Assembly: GCA_018433885.1 (NCBI GenBank)
Contig: JAHDQK010000042.1
Coordinates: forward strand, 31-64,030
Length of the DNA stretch: 64,000 nt
Direction: 5' to 3'
Source: Candidatus Cloacimonadota bacterium
Lineage (GTDB): Bacteria > Cloacimonadota > Cloacimonadia > Cloacimonadales > Cloacimonadaceae
Shown here: positions 26,222 to 37,060 of the stretch, one piece after another
Numbering within the stretch: the first letter of the stretch is position 1
Layout of the letters: each line of letters starts with the position of its first letter
The notes under the pieces: model-generated
The model's database searches: none
What the model was told of the DNA's origin: nothing
Seen by the model: only the letters and a program-made list of their open reading frames with translations
Position numbers and translations under genes: made by a program

Positions 26222-28137
26222 TCTTCCAGAAAACCCGGATGCTTGTAGTCTATCACCAGTAGCGTAATGTCATCCTTGTGGCTTGAACCTCTGGCAAAGT
26301 GATGAACACTTTCAAGGATCATGGTGGCAGTAGTTTCCGGATTGGGGGCGGGTAACTTGCGGAGAATCTCCTCCAAGCCGGTAAAGCCCAAAAACTCCTC
26401 ATCCACATTCATCGCCTCCGTCACTCCGTCAGTGTAAAGGATCAGCTCGTCGCCGATGGTTAAATCCAGTTCATCGTAACCAATGTTCAGATTCTCGAAT
26501 ACACCCAGAGCAGTGGCATGAGTCTCGCCATATTTGGTGAAACTGCGATCCATCTTACGGATGTAAAGCGGTACATGACCGCAGTTTGAGAATTGCAGTT
26601 TGCCAGTCTTCAGATCGATGATCCCCAAGAGAGCCGTAACGAAGTTGCTTTCGATATTATTACGGCAAAGGAAGCTGTTCAGTTCTTTCAGTAGTTCATT
26701 GCTGCTTTTTACGTGGGGCGCGATAGAAGGTAAAAGGGTGGCTGCCATGGTCATCGCCATCGCCGCAACGATGCCTTTGCCCAAAACATCTGCGATCACA
26801 AAGCAAAAATGATCCTCGTCGATCATAAAATAATCGTAGAGATCTCCTCCGATATCCCCCGCGGGCTCCAGTATCCCATAAGCACGTAGCTCTTTAACGC
26901 CACAAGGGTGCTTGGTATTGGAAGGAACCAGCTTGGTCTGAATCTCGCTGGCAAAGATCACATCCCCCCGGATCTGGTTCTTCTCTTCAGTAGTTATCCT
27001 AAGGTTTTTGATGTATTCCTTTAGCGAAGCCTGCATTGAGATGAAGGAGTTTGAAAGTGTGGCAATTTCGTGGGATTTATTAGATTCTGGAATCTGCACG
27101 TCAAAATCCCCCCCGCCAATTCGATCCGCTGCCAAGGCAAGGCGTTTAAGAGGCCGCGAAACATTCAATACCCGTGCATAGATGATTATTGCCACAAAGA
27201 AGAAAATCAATACAGATGCTACAGTCTGGATCATCAGGATGGCATAAACATCCCGCATCAGATAATCTTCATCTACTGCCACTCCCACCGACCAGTGGTT
27301 ACTTAACAGAGGTTGATAGTAAACCCAGGATCTCCCAAATGGTGATTTTCCGTTGATCTTGAGATGTCCTTGTTCGCCTGAAATCATTGCGTATCCCAGC
27401 TTCTCAAGGCTCGGTTCGGAGTACTCTTGTTTCAAGCTGAATAGCGTGTGATTCATTACCAGATCCATGTCTCTGTGTGCCACCAAAGTTCCAGTTGTAC
27501 TTACCAGGAAACTGGAACCTACTTTAAAATAGCTACTTCCGGCGATCAGTTCCTGCAGATAACTAAGTCGGATATCAAAGCGCAGAAGACCTGTTCTCAC
27601 TCCGGTTTCAAACACGGGCAGGCTATAGGATATTATCAATTCACCTAGCCCGTCCGTATCTACCCAGGGTTCTGTCCAAAAAGGTTCTTCGGTAATAAAT
27701 GGAATCTGAAACCAATCCGCATACTGATAGCTGTGCCCGGGGACCTCCCGCTCCGTAAGTTTGTGCCGCACGGTGAACATCACAAGGGGAGGCTTGCCCT
27801 CCGTAGCCTTGTCTGCGATACAAATCGAGTGGATTTGGGGGTTCTCCATCAGAATTTCTCTTAAGAATCCGGCGCGCTCGTCGTCTGTAAGAGAGTAATC
27901 CGAAAACACAGAACGCGAAATCCGGGCTATGCTTTCCACCCGGAATAAAATACCATCGATGAGATAGATCCGCTCATGAGCAAGATGCCGCATATTATCT
28001 AACTGGTTATCCAGCATGATATCATGATACAGGCTACGCGTCACCAGGATCGAAGCCAAAAAAATGATCAACATAAAAGCGAAGACAAAAGAGATCAATT
28101 GATAGGCGATAGTCCGGTCTTCACTTCTGTGCGCCAT
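26218..28137 (-). CDS. Membrane sensor phosphatase: periplasmic (Cache-like?) domain, HAMP, PP2C/SpoIIE domain
   Basis: The start is taken at MAHRSEDR (GAGGAG RBS). There are two TM segments flanking a region of about 280 aa. A HAMP-like segment follows (RPLKRLALAADRIGGGDFDVQIPE...). The PP2C/SpoIIE motifs are GGDLYDYF, FVIADVLGKG, NCGHVP and LILYTDGVTE. Confidence 0.8.
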   Translation of the reverse strand: MAHRSEDRTIAYQLISFVFAFMLIIFLASILVTRSLYHDIMLDNQLDNMRHLAHERIYLIDGILFRVESIARISRSVFSDYSLTDDERAGFLREILMENPQIHSICIADKATEGKPPLVMFTVRHKLTEREVPGHSYQYADWFQIPFITEEPFWTEPWVDTDGLGELIISYSLPVFETGVRTGLLRFDIRLSYLQELIAGSSYFKVGSSFLVSTTGTLVAHRDMDLVMNHTLFSLKQEYSEPSLEKLGYAMISGEQGHLKINGKSPFGRSWVYYQPLLSNHWSVGVAVDEDYLMRDVYAILMIQTVASVLIFFFVAIIIYARVLNVSRPLKRLALAADRIGGGDFDVQIPESNKSHEIATLSNSFISMQASLKEYIKNLRITTEEKNQIRGDVIFASEIQTKLVPSNTKHPCGVKELRAYGILEPAGDIGGDLYDYFMIDEDHFCFVIADVLGKGIVAAMAMTMAATLLPSIAPHVKSSNELLKELNSFLCRNNIESNFVTALLGIIDLKTGKLQFSNCGHVPLYIRKMDRSFTKYGETHATALGVFENLNIGYDELDLTIGDELILYTDGVTEAMNVDEEFLGFTGLEEILRKLPAPNPETTATMILESVHHFARGSSHKDDITLLVIDYKHPGFLED

Positions 28138-29149
28138 TAGGGCAAAACTCCTCGAATGGTATATCACGTGTAAAATTGTAGTATTCCGTCATCAGTTTTA
28201 TAGCATTCTGATAGTCTGTTTTTTTCAGCTTCCCCAAATCACCCGCGATAGGCATTATTACTTCCTTCATCTTGTCCAACATCCATCTCTGATGCGCGCG
28301 GTTTGCTCTGATGTTATCTTGCTGCATGCGTTTCACTACTTCGTCTATCGCTTCTTCGGGGTGACTAAAGGCATATAGCCAGCCATCCATAGTGGCATCT
28401 ACAAACGCTTTACATTCATTAGGATGGAGACTATAGAACTCTTTACTCACATAAAAACCCTCGTCCGGTATCTGATAGCCAAGTTCCGAGAGATCCGCCA
28501 CAAAGAGGTCTTCCTCCTTTATCCCCGCTTGAAGTAACTGGTGATATTCATTGTACCGCATGACGTTAACTACATCCACCACATTCTGCGTGAAGAGGTT
28601 TATCGACCCGTCAATCGGAACTATCTCCATGGGAATCTTGCTTCCCTTCAGGAAGATGTCTGTAATCAGATACGAACCGCTGCGCCATTCCCCCAGCTTC
28701 TTGCCCTTGAAGTCATTTAAGGAGTTTATCCCCCGGGAACGTTTACCAACCAGTAATATAGCGTTCTTTTGGTTGATCTGGCCGATATTGGTAATCCAAG
28801 TGCTGTCCCGCAGAACGTCTATGGCTCTCAGGAGGTCCAGATGCACAACATCCGAAGTCCCACTCTTAAGACTATCAATGGCGTCTTGCGCTTGCAACAG
28901 ACCTTGTATCTCTACATCCAGACCATATTGTTCGTAAATGCCCCTGCTCTCTGCCATATAAATGCCGGCAAACTGAGCTTGTGCTTGCCATTTGGGACGG
29001 TATCGGATACGAAAGAGATCTTGATGAACTCCGGATTTCCCTGCGCGGATATGTCCATCATCAAGACGCGACCGATCAGGCTTGCAGGAAACAAGCAACA
29101 CTACAGATAGAACAACCACCGCCATCAAGCACTGTCGAAACGGCTTCAT
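28121..29149 (-). CDS. Periplasmic substrate-binding protein, NMT1/THI5-like (NitT/TauT-type)
   Basis: The 342-aa ORF has a lipoprotein-like signal (VVLSVVLLVSCKPD). The overall pattern (RIRYRPKWQAQAQFAGIYMAESRGIYEQYGLDVEI) resembles the NMT1-like SBP fold. Its 3' end overlaps the PP2C sensor start by 17 nt. Confidence 0.6.
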   Translation of the reverse strand: MKPFRQCLMAVVVLSVVLLVSCKPDRSRLDDGHIRAGKSGVHQDLFRIRYRPKWQAQAQFAGIYMAESRGIYEQYGLDVEIQGLLQAQDAIDSLKSGTSDVVHLDLLRAIDVLRDSTWITNIGQINQKNAILLVGKRSRGINSLNDFKGKKLGEWRSGSYLITDIFLKGSKIPMEIVPIDGSINLFTQNVVDVVNVMRYNEYHQLLQAGIKEEDLFVADLSELGYQIPDEGFYVSKEFYSLHPNECKAFVDATMDGWLYAFSHPEEAIDEVVKRMQQDNIRANRAHQRWMLDKMKEVIMPIAGDLGKLKKTDYQNAIKLMTEYYNFTRDIPFEEFCPNGAQK

Positions 29150-29334
29150 GCTCTTTACTCCGGGGTTTGTTGGCTTTACCAGGTTACACTATCAAACGAT
29201 AGCATCAAAGACGGTCAGCAAGGTTACAAGGATCCATTACATTAGGATTACTGGAACACTTGTTACAGTATTCCCGCTTATTCAATTTTAGCAAGGAGAA
29301 ATATATCCCGACACCTATAGATTGTGGAAGGACG

Positions 29335-30432
29335 TCAACTCTGACTCGGCGTCCAATGCTCCATAACCTTGCTAACTCCATATGCTACAGGAAGTTTACC
29401 CTGTGATACCCGCTCTCTGATTTGTGGAATTATTTCGATATTGCGTAGATCAGTATAGAAATAATGAAGTACTGCCTCCTGCAACATATCTTCAAACCAA
29501 GCGGAAGTTTGTCCCCGGCGCCGCTCTTCAAATGCCCCACTCTCTTTGGTGGTAGCACAAAACGCTAGGATTGTCTGCCAGATATCCGGGATGCCCTGCC
29601 CGGTTCTGGAAGAGCATATCTGAGCCTTGGTATCCCAAGCCCTGGTTGCGTGCCGGATATAGTGCAGAGCGTTATTATACTCCCTAGCGGCGATTTTTGC
29701 TCGCTCTACATTGTTGCCATCCGCTTTATTCACCACGATCAGATCCGCCAATTCCATGATACCCTTCTTTATGCCCTGCAGTTCATCTCCGGCTCCCGTG
29801 ATCTGCATCAATAAGAAGAAATCCACCATAGAGCGGACGGTTATTTCGCTTTGACCTACGCCCACAGTTTCGATCAGGATCACATCGTAACCGGCAGCTT
29901 CACAGAGGATAATGGTTTCTCTGGTTTTTCGAGCCACCCCCCCCAAAACCCCGGAGGAAGGAGAAGGGCGGATGAAGCTCATTTCATGGCGGGAAAGCTC
30001 TTCCATGCGCGTTTTATCTCCCAGAATACTGCCTTTGGATATGCTGGATGAAGGGTCAATCGCCAAGACTGCCACTTTCTTTCCCAGTGAGATAAGATAC
30101 AGCCCAAAACGTTCGATGAAACTGCTTTTCCCTACTCCCGGAACTCCTGTAATGCCGATTCTGACGGAGTTTCCGGAATGCGGCAGGAGCCTTTGAAGGA
30201 GCTCCTGCGCAATCCCGAAATGTTTGTTTGAGTTACTTTCCACCAATGTAATCGCACGGGAAAGCAGAGTGCGGTTTCCCGCCCGGATTCCTGCTTCGAG
30301 TTCATCCGGATCCCATGTTTTGGTCGCGCGGTTAACCTTTGGTGAAGTCTGAGGTGTGGCTCCCGGAACCACCGAGCTGGCAAATGCAGCCGAGGCACCA
30401 TCTGGAGCCCACTCCGGCTTTCGTTTATCCAT
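29335..30432 (-). CDS. meaB: Methylmalonyl-CoA mutase-associated GTPase (MeaB/ArgK)
   Basis: The 365-aa ORF has the P-loop [15 protein letters not shown], plus [14 protein letters not shown] and VVNKAD. It overlaps the mutB stop. Confidence 0.9.
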   Translation of the reverse strand: MDKRKPEWAPDGASAAFASSVVPGATPQTSPKVNRATKTWDPDELEAGIRAGNRTLLSRAITLVESNSNKHFGIAQELLQRLLPHSGNSVRIGITGVPGVGKSSFIERFGLYLISLGKKVAVLAIDPSSSISKGSILGDKTRMEELSRHEMSFIRPSPSSGVLGGVARKTRETIILCEAAGYDVILIETVGVGQSEITVRSMVDFFLLMQITGAGDELQGIKKGIMELADLIVVNKADGNNVERAKIAAREYNNALHYIRHATRAWDTKAQICSSRTGQGIPDIWQTILAFCATTKESGAFEERRRGQTSAWFEDMLQEAVLHYFYTDLRNIEIIPQIRERVSQGKLPVAYGVSKVMEHWTPSQS

Positions 30433-32566
30433 GCTGTCCCAAAAGTTGTTCCATCATTTTGGTGGCGGCTGTGGGCAAATGGGTTCCGGGGCCGAAGATC
30501 GCGGCAGCGCCATGCTGATAGAGATACTCATAATCCGCCTGAGGAATCACACCACCCACGATTATCATGATATCTTCACGATCCAGCTTTTTCAGCTCTT
30601 CCACCAATTGTGGCAACAGCGTCTTGTGTCCGGCTGCCAGTGAACTCATCCCGATGATATGCACGTCGTTTTCCACTGCCTGTCTGGCTGTTTCTTCCGG
30701 AGTTTGGAACAGCGGTCCCATATCCACGTCAAAGCCCATATCAGCATAGGCGGTGGCTACCACCTTTGCCCCGCGATCGTGGCCATCCTGCCCCATTTTT
30801 GCGATCAGGATGCGGGGACGGCGCCCTTCTTGTTCGGCAAATTGATCGGTGAGCTGCCTTACTTTCTCGATATCATCCATATTTGCGTACTCGCTGCTAT
30901 AAACGTTGCTGATCAGTTTGATTTCTGCCTGATGCCTGCCAAAAATCTGTTCCATTGCGCTGGAAATCTCGCCCAAGGAAGCTCTGGCACGGGCTGCGTC
31001 AATTGCAAGTTCCAGCAGATTTCCATCCTTGGATTCCGCGGCTTTGGTAATCGCATTCAAGCAAGCTTTCACCTTGTTTTCATCTCTGTTTTTTCGTAGC
31101 TCTGCCAAGCGTGCCAATTGCGCGGTACGCACTGCGGAGTTATCTACTTCCAGGGTCTCGATGGGATCTTCCTTTTCTAGGCGATACTTGTTCACGCCCA
31201 CGATGGTATCCGCCCCGCTGTCGATCTTTGCCTGTCTGCGGGCGGCGGCTTCCTCGATGCGCATTTTGGGAAGCCCGGTTTGGATGGCTTGTGCCATACC
31301 TCCCAGGTTTTCCACTTCCATGATATGCGCCCATGCCTTGTGCATCAGTTCATGGGTGAGGCTTTCCACATAATAGGAACCTGCCCAAGGATCGATTACT
31401 TTGCATACCCCGGTTTCGTGCTGAAGATACAGTTGCGTATTGCGTGCGATCCTAGCGGAGAAATCCGTAGGCAAGGCAATTGCTTCATCCAAAGAGTTTG
31501 TATGCAAGCTTTGTGTGTGTCCCATCGTCGCGGCAAGAGCTTCGATGCAGGTGCGGGCTACATTGTTGAAGGGATCTTGCTCTGTAAGGCTCCAGCCGGA
31601 GGTCTGAGAGTGAGTTCTCAGCGCCATGGATTTAGGATTTTTGGGATTGAAGCCTTGGATGATCTTGGCCCAGAGCATTCTGGCACTGCGTAGTTTGGCG
31701 ATTTCCATGAAATAATTCATACCCTCTGCCCAGAAGAATGAAAGGCGAGGAGCAAAGACATCGATATCGATGCCGGCAGCAATCCCTGTGCGGGCATATT
31801 CCAACCCGTCTGCCAAGGTATATGCCATTTCCAAATCCGCTGTTGCACCCGCTTCGTGCATGTGGTAGCCGGATATGCTAATACTATTGAATTTCGGCAT
31901 CTTGCGAGACGTATAACTGAAGATATCCGCGATGATCCTCATGGAAGCTTCCGGCGGATAGATATAGGTGTTCCGCACCATATACTCTTTCAGGATGTCG
32001 TTTTGAATGGTGCCGTTGAGCTGTTCTGGTTTTACTCCCTGTTCCTCGGCTGCCACAATATAAAATGCCATGATTGGGATTACAGCCCCATTCATGGTCA
32101 TGGATACACTCATCTGATCCAGAGGTATTTTGTCGAACAGAATCTTCATATCCAAGATGCTATCCACTGCCACGCCGGCTTTGCCCACATCTCCGATCAC
32201 GCGCGGATGATCCGAATCGTAGCCCCGGTGAGTGGCAAGATCAAACGCGATGGAGAGTCCCTTCTGCCCCATCGCCAGGTTTCTGCGATAAAAGGCATTG
32301 GATTCCTCGGCGGTGGAAAATCCCGCATATTGGCGGATAGTCCATGGCCGTTGAACATACATGCTGAGATACGGTCCGCGAAGATAGGGAGCGATCCCGC
32401 TCAGGTAATCCAGATGTTCCAGTTGTTCGAGATCAGCTTTCGTATATAGAGGTTTTACTCCGATCTGCTCGTTGGTTTGCCATATCTTTTGGGGCGTTTC
32501 CTGCCCGGAAGTCTGTGCCACAGCTGCCCTAAAATCAGGTTTGAGTGTGCTAAAATCGGGTTTCAT
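30425..32566 (-). CDS. mutB: Methylmalonyl-CoA mutase large (alpha) subunit with B12-binding domain
   Basis: The 713-aa ORF has [24 protein letters not shown] and the B12 ligand motif [13 protein letters not shown]. Confidence 0.95.
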   Translation of the reverse strand: MKPDFSTLKPDFRAAVAQTSGQETPQKIWQTNEQIGVKPLYTKADLEQLEHLDYLSGIAPYLRGPYLSMYVQRPWTIRQYAGFSTAEESNAFYRRNLAMGQKGLSIAFDLATHRGYDSDHPRVIGDVGKAGVAVDSILDMKILFDKIPLDQMSVSMTMNGAVIPIMAFYIVAAEEQGVKPEQLNGTIQNDILKEYMVRNTYIYPPEASMRIIADIFSYTSRKMPKFNSISISGYHMHEAGATADLEMAYTLADGLEYARTGIAAGIDIDVFAPRLSFFWAEGMNYFMEIAKLRSARMLWAKIIQGFNPKNPKSMALRTHSQTSGWSLTEQDPFNNVARTCIEALAATMGHTQSLHTNSLDEAIALPTDFSARIARNTQLYLQHETGVCKVIDPWAGSYYVESLTHELMHKAWAHIMEVENLGGMAQAIQTGLPKMRIEEAAARRQAKIDSGADTIVGVNKYRLEKEDPIETLEVDNSAVRTAQLARLAELRKNRDENKVKACLNAITKAAESKDGNLLELAIDAARARASLGEISSAMEQIFGRHQAEIKLISNVYSSEYANMDDIEKVRQLTDQFAEQEGRRPRILIAKMGQDGHDRGAKVVATAYADMGFDVDMGPLFQTPEETARQAVENDVHIIGMSSLAAGHKTLLPQLVEELKKLDREDIMIIVGGVIPQADYEYLYQHGAAAIFGPGTHLPTAATKMMEQLLGQHG

Positions 32567-34449
32567 CGGATCACCTCCAGTTTCATTGCCAGGTCTTTCA
32601 GGGTTTCGTAAGCGTTTGCGCGGATGTGGATAAATATGTCGATGCCGCTAGCTTGGTATTCCTCGATTTTATCCGTTGGATACCCTGCTAAAATCATGGT
32701 GGCAGGCTTCAAACCAGAGCAAAGGGGTGCTACAAGCTCCACATAATTTGCGTCTGTGCTACAAATGCAATAGGCATCCACATCGGCAGCTTTGGCGGCG
32801 GCGATCGCTTCTTCCGGAGAGATAAAGCTCTGTTCACTCATCACTTGGAAACCTGCCATCTGGAAAAATCCACTGCTGAAATCAGCCCGCGCTTTAAAGT
32901 CTGAAACCTCTCCCATATTCAAGAGCATGATCTTGGGGGATTTCTCGCTGATTGCCGCGCGCAATTCCTCTACCTTCATCACCGCTCTGCGCTTGGGCAA
33001 AGGACCCTTTTCTAGGCTAACCGGCTTAGTTGAGAGATCCACCTTGGGGATTTGGGAAACTTCGAATGCCTCATCCAGGGGATTGGCATACATATTTACC
33101 CCTACAAACACGTCTTTGCGTTTATGAACAGCATCCATTCTCGCCTTAGCTACGGATTCCGTCATTTCGTGGATAAGCCCGGCTCTCAGAGCGCGAACCA
33201 TGCCTCCGGCTTTTTCCAGTTCTTGCATAATGCTCCAAGCTAGTTCCGCTAGTTGAGCGGTGAGACTTTCGATATAGTAGCAGCCACCGGCAGGATCTAT
33301 CACTTTAGCAAAATGGGATTCTTCCGCTAGGATCAGCTGTTGATTCCTTGCGATTCTGCGGGCAAAGGCATTATCTGGCTTTACCAGAGAATCAAAGGGA
33401 TCGGTCTCCAAGCTATCCACGCCCCCAATCACTCCCGAAAAGCTCTCTGTAGTTGTCCGCAGCATATTCACATAGAGGTCGTAGGTTGTTTTATTGAAAC
33501 TGGCAGTTTTACCGTGGATCCATATTTTTTGGGATTCCTCGCTACCGCCGAAGGCCTTGATCATTTCTGCCCAGAGCAGGCGGAAGGCACGGATTTTGGC
33601 AATTTCCATGAAGAAATTGGATCCCAGAGAGAGTTGCACGGCAAACAGCGGAGCGATGGTATCGATATCCATTCCGCTTTGCATCATGCCTTGGATATAG
33701 CCTATCGCAGTAGATAGCACAAACGCAAGCTCCTGAGTTCCAGAAGCTCCACTGGCTTCATAGATCGTACCATCAACGATGAAACAGCGCATCTTCGGAG
33801 CTCTCTGTGACCGTTCGATCACTGCATCGGATACTTTTTGCCACAAATCACTTAGGGGCATATCAAAATACCCCTTGCGGGCAAGTTCGCCGGTTGGATC
33901 AAATCCGATGAAACCTTCCAGATCCCTCAGTGATTCTTTTTTCGCGCTAAGATATGTGTCCAACAGAGCAAACAAGCCGATATCATCGATATCTGTCTGA
34001 ATATACAGCGGAGCCGCCTTGAGGTCGATGCCATCCAATACCCTAGCGATGTCTTTCTCTGTTTTCAGTTCTATTCCTAGAGGATTATCCGCTCGTTTGA
34101 GTTTGAGATTCACCATGCTCAGCCCCCTCATCAGTTCTTCCTTGAGGGTTGCATTAAGTGCTTTTAAATCTGGGTTTAGCTGGGCTTGAGCGATCTTCCA
34201 GCCTTGTTCTATAAAGCGTTTGGGATCGTTGCCCCGCACATAAGGAGGCGTTCCCGGCATACTTGAGCAATGTCCCAGACCGGCGATATCCTCTTTGCGA
34301 TATATCGGTTCCAGAGTGATCCCTTCGTAGGTGCGGGTGCGCATTACTTTATCGTAATCTGCGCCTTTCAGCGAGTCTGTTACTTGTTTCTTCCATTCAT
34401 CCCAGTCGGGAAAGGCAAATGTGTCTTTGAGATTCACTTTTGTATCCAC
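32563..34449 (-). CDS. mutA: Methylmalonyl-CoA mutase small (beta) subunit
   Basis: The 628-aa ORF has a mutase fold, but its C-terminal Rossmann-like domain lacks the DxHxxG cobalamin ligand. It has a 4-nt overlap with mutB. Confidence 0.8.
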   Translation of the reverse strand: MDTKVNLKDTFAFPDWDEWKKQVTDSLKGADYDKVMRTRTYEGITLEPIYRKEDIAGLGHCSSMPGTPPYVRGNDPKRFIEQGWKIAQAQLNPDLKALNATLKEELMRGLSMVNLKLKRADNPLGIELKTEKDIARVLDGIDLKAAPLYIQTDIDDIGLFALLDTYLSAKKESLRDLEGFIGFDPTGELARKGYFDMPLSDLWQKVSDAVIERSQRAPKMRCFIVDGTIYEASGASGTQELAFVLSTAIGYIQGMMQSGMDIDTIAPLFAVQLSLGSNFFMEIAKIRAFRLLWAEMIKAFGGSEESQKIWIHGKTASFNKTTYDLYVNMLRTTTESFSGVIGGVDSLETDPFDSLVKPDNAFARRIARNQQLILAEESHFAKVIDPAGGCYYIESLTAQLAELAWSIMQELEKAGGMVRALRAGLIHEMTESVAKARMDAVHKRKDVFVGVNMYANPLDEAFEVSQIPKVDLSTKPVSLEKGPLPKRRAVMKVEELRAAISEKSPKIMLLNMGEVSDFKARADFSSGFFQMAGFQVMSEQSFISPEEAIAAAKAADVDAYCICSTDANYVELVAPLCSGLKPATMILAGYPTDKIEEYQASGIDIFIHIRANAYETLKDLAMKLEVIR

Positions 34450-34467
34450 TTGGCTGAACTCCTTGGA

Positions 34468-35754
34468 TTATTCTTTGATTAAAGCTTGAACCGGTTTCAT
34501 GCCGGTGGCACTGCGATTTTCGATCGCGGAAAGGATTGCTCCCCCACCGGTAAAGAAGTAGTACTGGGGATTGTTTTGAGCCAAAGCGAAGGTTCCCGGC
34601 AGGTAGGTGCCAAAATCCTGGATCGTATCCCCTCCCCCAAAGAGCTTTACCGCTTTGATATTCTCATCGATCAGGCTATACATCGCCATGCTTCCTTCCG
34701 GGAAGAGCGTGGTGAAGCCCATCACCGCGTTCACGAAAATCGTGCCCGCGCCATTGAAGATCTGCTTGATTTCCGGCATTTTGAACACATCCGGATCGGC
34801 ATCGAGGATATAACCGATGGGCTCGCTTTGATCCCAATCCTTCAGATCTGAGATCTGGTATGCATCCCAATTGTCGTCGTTGCGTTCTTGCAGACTTTGG
34901 CACAGCACCACCGAGGGCAATTCCACTATTTTTTGGATGTTTTCCTGGCTATCCTCGATGAACTTACGAGCAGCATCCACGTCTTCCTGGGAGAGCCCCG
35001 AGACGTTGATATCGTACTTCGCAGCCAGATAGGCGTTGTAGATCACGCCACCCAAGACCAAATGATCCGCAATCTCCAAAAGAGCGGCAAGGGGTCCGAT
35101 CTTGGTATCAAACTTACTACCCGCCACCACTGCCACCAATGGGCGTTTGGGAGCAAATACTTTATCCAGGCTAGCAATCTCTTTTTGCATCAACAACCCG
35201 GCAAAGGAAGGCAAATACTTGGTAATGTGATATGTGCTGGCATGCGGCTGCCAACTGCCAAAAGCATCGTTAATATATACATCCGCATATCCTGCCAGAT
35301 TCTTGGCAAACACATCCGCCCGCTCGTCCTTGGCTTCTTCGCCTTTGAACCACCGAGTATTGGGCAGATACACAAAATCGCATTCTCCATGTTTCAGCCT
35401 TGCAATGCTTTCGCCCAGAGGACCAAGCTCGGCAATGCCAAAGCCGTCCGAAGCCTTTAGTTCCGGGATCAGTCCTCTGAGTTGAAGCTTTTGGGAAAGA
35501 TACTCCACGATTGGCTCTACCCCCTCCAGTTCCGAGATATTGATCTGCCCGGTAGTTTTGTCGTAGGGGCGTCCCACATGGCTCATCAGAACCGGCAGAC
35601 CACCCTTTTTAAATATATGAAGTAAAGTAGGGATCGTAGCATCTATACGCATCGGATCCTTTATCTTGCCCTTTTTCACCACATTGTGGTCAAGGCGTAC
35701 TAGCACAACTTTTCCGAATAGATCAGCTTCCATCATGCCGGGTATGTAACTCAT
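34468..35754 (-). CDS. pgk: Phosphoglycerate kinase family protein (somewhat divergent, 428 aa)
   Basis: PGK blocks are present: VLVRLDHNV, MRIDATIPTL, VLMSHVGRP, VAGSKFDTKIGPL, LVLGGVIYN, FGGGDTIQDF. It is the first gene of the mutase operon (18-nt gap to mutA). Confidence 0.7.
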   Translation of the reverse strand: MSYIPGMMEADLFGKVVLVRLDHNVVKKGKIKDPMRIDATIPTLLHIFKKGGLPVLMSHVGRPYDKTTGQINISELEGVEPIVEYLSQKLQLRGLIPELKASDGFGIAELGPLGESIARLKHGECDFVYLPNTRWFKGEEAKDERADVFAKNLAGYADVYINDAFGSWQPHASTYHITKYLPSFAGLLMQKEIASLDKVFAPKRPLVAVVAGSKFDTKIGPLAALLEIADHLVLGGVIYNAYLAAKYDINVSGLSQEDVDAARKFIEDSQENIQKIVELPSVVLCQSLQERNDDNWDAYQISDLKDWDQSEPIGYILDADPDVFKMPEIKQIFNGAGTIFVNAVMGFTTLFPEGSMAMYSLIDENIKAVKLFGGGDTIQDFGTYLPGTFALAQNNPQYYFFTGGGAILSAIENRSATGMKPVQALIKE

Positions 35755-35914
35755 TTTTTATACTCCATGCTGCTTATTTTGTCAGTTTTGCTATAAGAGT
35801 TTCATGCTTAAAAGATTTAGCATTACGTCAAGTACTTTTTCCCGCGATCAAATTACTTGACACCCACTCCCCGCAGCATTTCATGAAACAAAAATCTTGA
35901 ACAGGACGATACCC

Positions 35915-36508
35915 ATGAATAGACTAGCAGTTATCCTGATCCTTCTGCTGGGCGTAGCTGGCATCTTTGCGCAAAGCCCACGCGAAATGTATCCCCCATC
36001 CTACATTTCTTTTGAGATCGAACAGCTTACTTTTGACCTCAGCGATAGTCTGATGGTCTTCGATGGGCTGTTTACCTTCTCAAACCTTAGCGCTCTGCCA
36101 GAAATCGAGGATATCTACTTCCCCATTCTGGTTGATAATGAGCAAGCCTACTTCGATAGCCTGTCCGTGATATGGACCAGTTCAGGATATCCCTTGCGAA
36201 CCATCAAGCAAAAAGGGGGATTCTGGTTTACTCTCGAAATGCCGGATCGCAGCATGGAAACAGTGCGCATCCGCTATCAACAGAAGCTGCTCCACAAACA
36301 GGCAAAATACATCGTCACCACCGCCAATAGCTGGGCAAAAGCCCTGGTTTACGCCAGCTACGAAGTCCGCCTCCCAGAGGGGAAGAAAGTGATCCACTAT
36401 CCTTTCGATACACCCAAAGAAGCAACCCTGGCAGAAGGTAAACAGGTGATGAGTTGGGAGTTCCACGATTTTGTGCCCCAGCGGGATCTGTTCATACAGT
36501 GGGAATAA
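35915..36508 (+). CDS. Secreted hypothetical protein
   Basis: The start is taken at the ATG giving MNRLAVILILLLGVAGIFAQ (signal peptide). No recognisable domain. Confidence 0.5.
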   Translation: MNRLAVILILLLGVAGIFAQSPREMYPPSYISFEIEQLTFDLSDSLMVFDGLFTFSNLSALPEIEDIYFPILVDNEQAYFDSLSVIWTSSGYPLRTIKQKGGFWFTLEMPDRSMETVRIRYQQKLLHKQAKYIVTTANSWAKALVYASYEVRLPEGKKVIHYPFDTPKEATLAEGKQVMSWEFHDFVPQRDLFIQWE

Positions 36509-36869
36509 TAGCATAGTATAAACCCTCATCCACTATATTGTAGCTTATTACATATTCTCTCCTGTTTACTGTAGCTCCTTATCTAACAGAGGCAGTAGAG
36601 TTAATCCTCAGAGTAGTACAATCTATAGTTCCGTTTCTGGTGCACTTTTATATTCCACCTACTACGAGATGGATACATCGATGGATGTGATGCTTTGGCT
36701 GCCCAGGAAAAGGTCTATCCCTTAAACGATGCACTGGAAGTTTCCAGTAAGAGATCCAGCATTTGGTTCACCAGTTCGGGAAGGGGTAAAGACCTCGTCA
36801 CTGCTCATATTTGCCAAGCATGATACACACATCGGGATTGTAGCTTTGATTCACAAGCATAGCTACTCC

Positions 36870-36950
36870 GTGGACACACCATCCTGGGGAGTGAGTGTAG
36901 ACACGCCATCCTGGTGTGTGAGTGTAGAAGCTTCATCTTGAAGCTTTGTT
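36870..36950 (+). repeat. 27-nt tandem repeat, three units, each able to form a short hairpin
   Basis: GTGGACACACCATCCTGGGGAGTGAGT / GTAGACACGCCATCCTGGTGTGTGAGT / GTAGAAGCTTCATCTTGAAGCTTTG. Unit 3 keeps the spacing and the stem-loop geometry with a different stem sequence. Confidence 0.65.
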
Positions 36951-36956
36951 TTTTTT
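36927..36956 (+). terminator. Canonical Rho-independent terminator (last repeat unit plus T8)
   Basis: (G)AAGCTTCA-TCT-TGAAGCTT(T) forms an 8-9-bp stem followed by G and T8. No annotated gene ends here. Confidence 0.6.
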
Positions 36957-37060
36957 AAACGGCAAGATGCCGTTTCCACACTGGTTTCCATACTGGGTTC
37001 CATTCTGTTGTTTTTCTTTAACTGCGGGACGCCGTTGCTACCTTTGATTCAAGCATAAGC

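Noticed and set aside
29937-29944. C8 (G8 on the coding strand) run inside meaB as a phase-variation switch.
   Set aside because: It lies in a housekeeping operon gene and encodes GG in a conserved region. It is used only as a control showing that such runs are tolerated in this genome.
35755-35896. Cobalamin riboswitch upstream of the pgk-mutase operon, and a TPP riboswitch upstream of the NMT1/THI5-like SBP (29150-29334).
   Set aside because: The regions are too short or lack the conserved B12-box (GCCACTG-like) and THI-box (CTGAGA...ACCTGATCTGG) elements when read on the relevant strand.
36729-36941. 70-aa plus-strand ORF ending inside the terminator hairpin (…SVDTPSWGVSVDTPSWCVSVEASS).
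   Set aside because: Its C-terminal repeat is just the translation of the 27-nt hairpin units. It has no RBS and an implausible composition. The RNA-level explanation is preferred.
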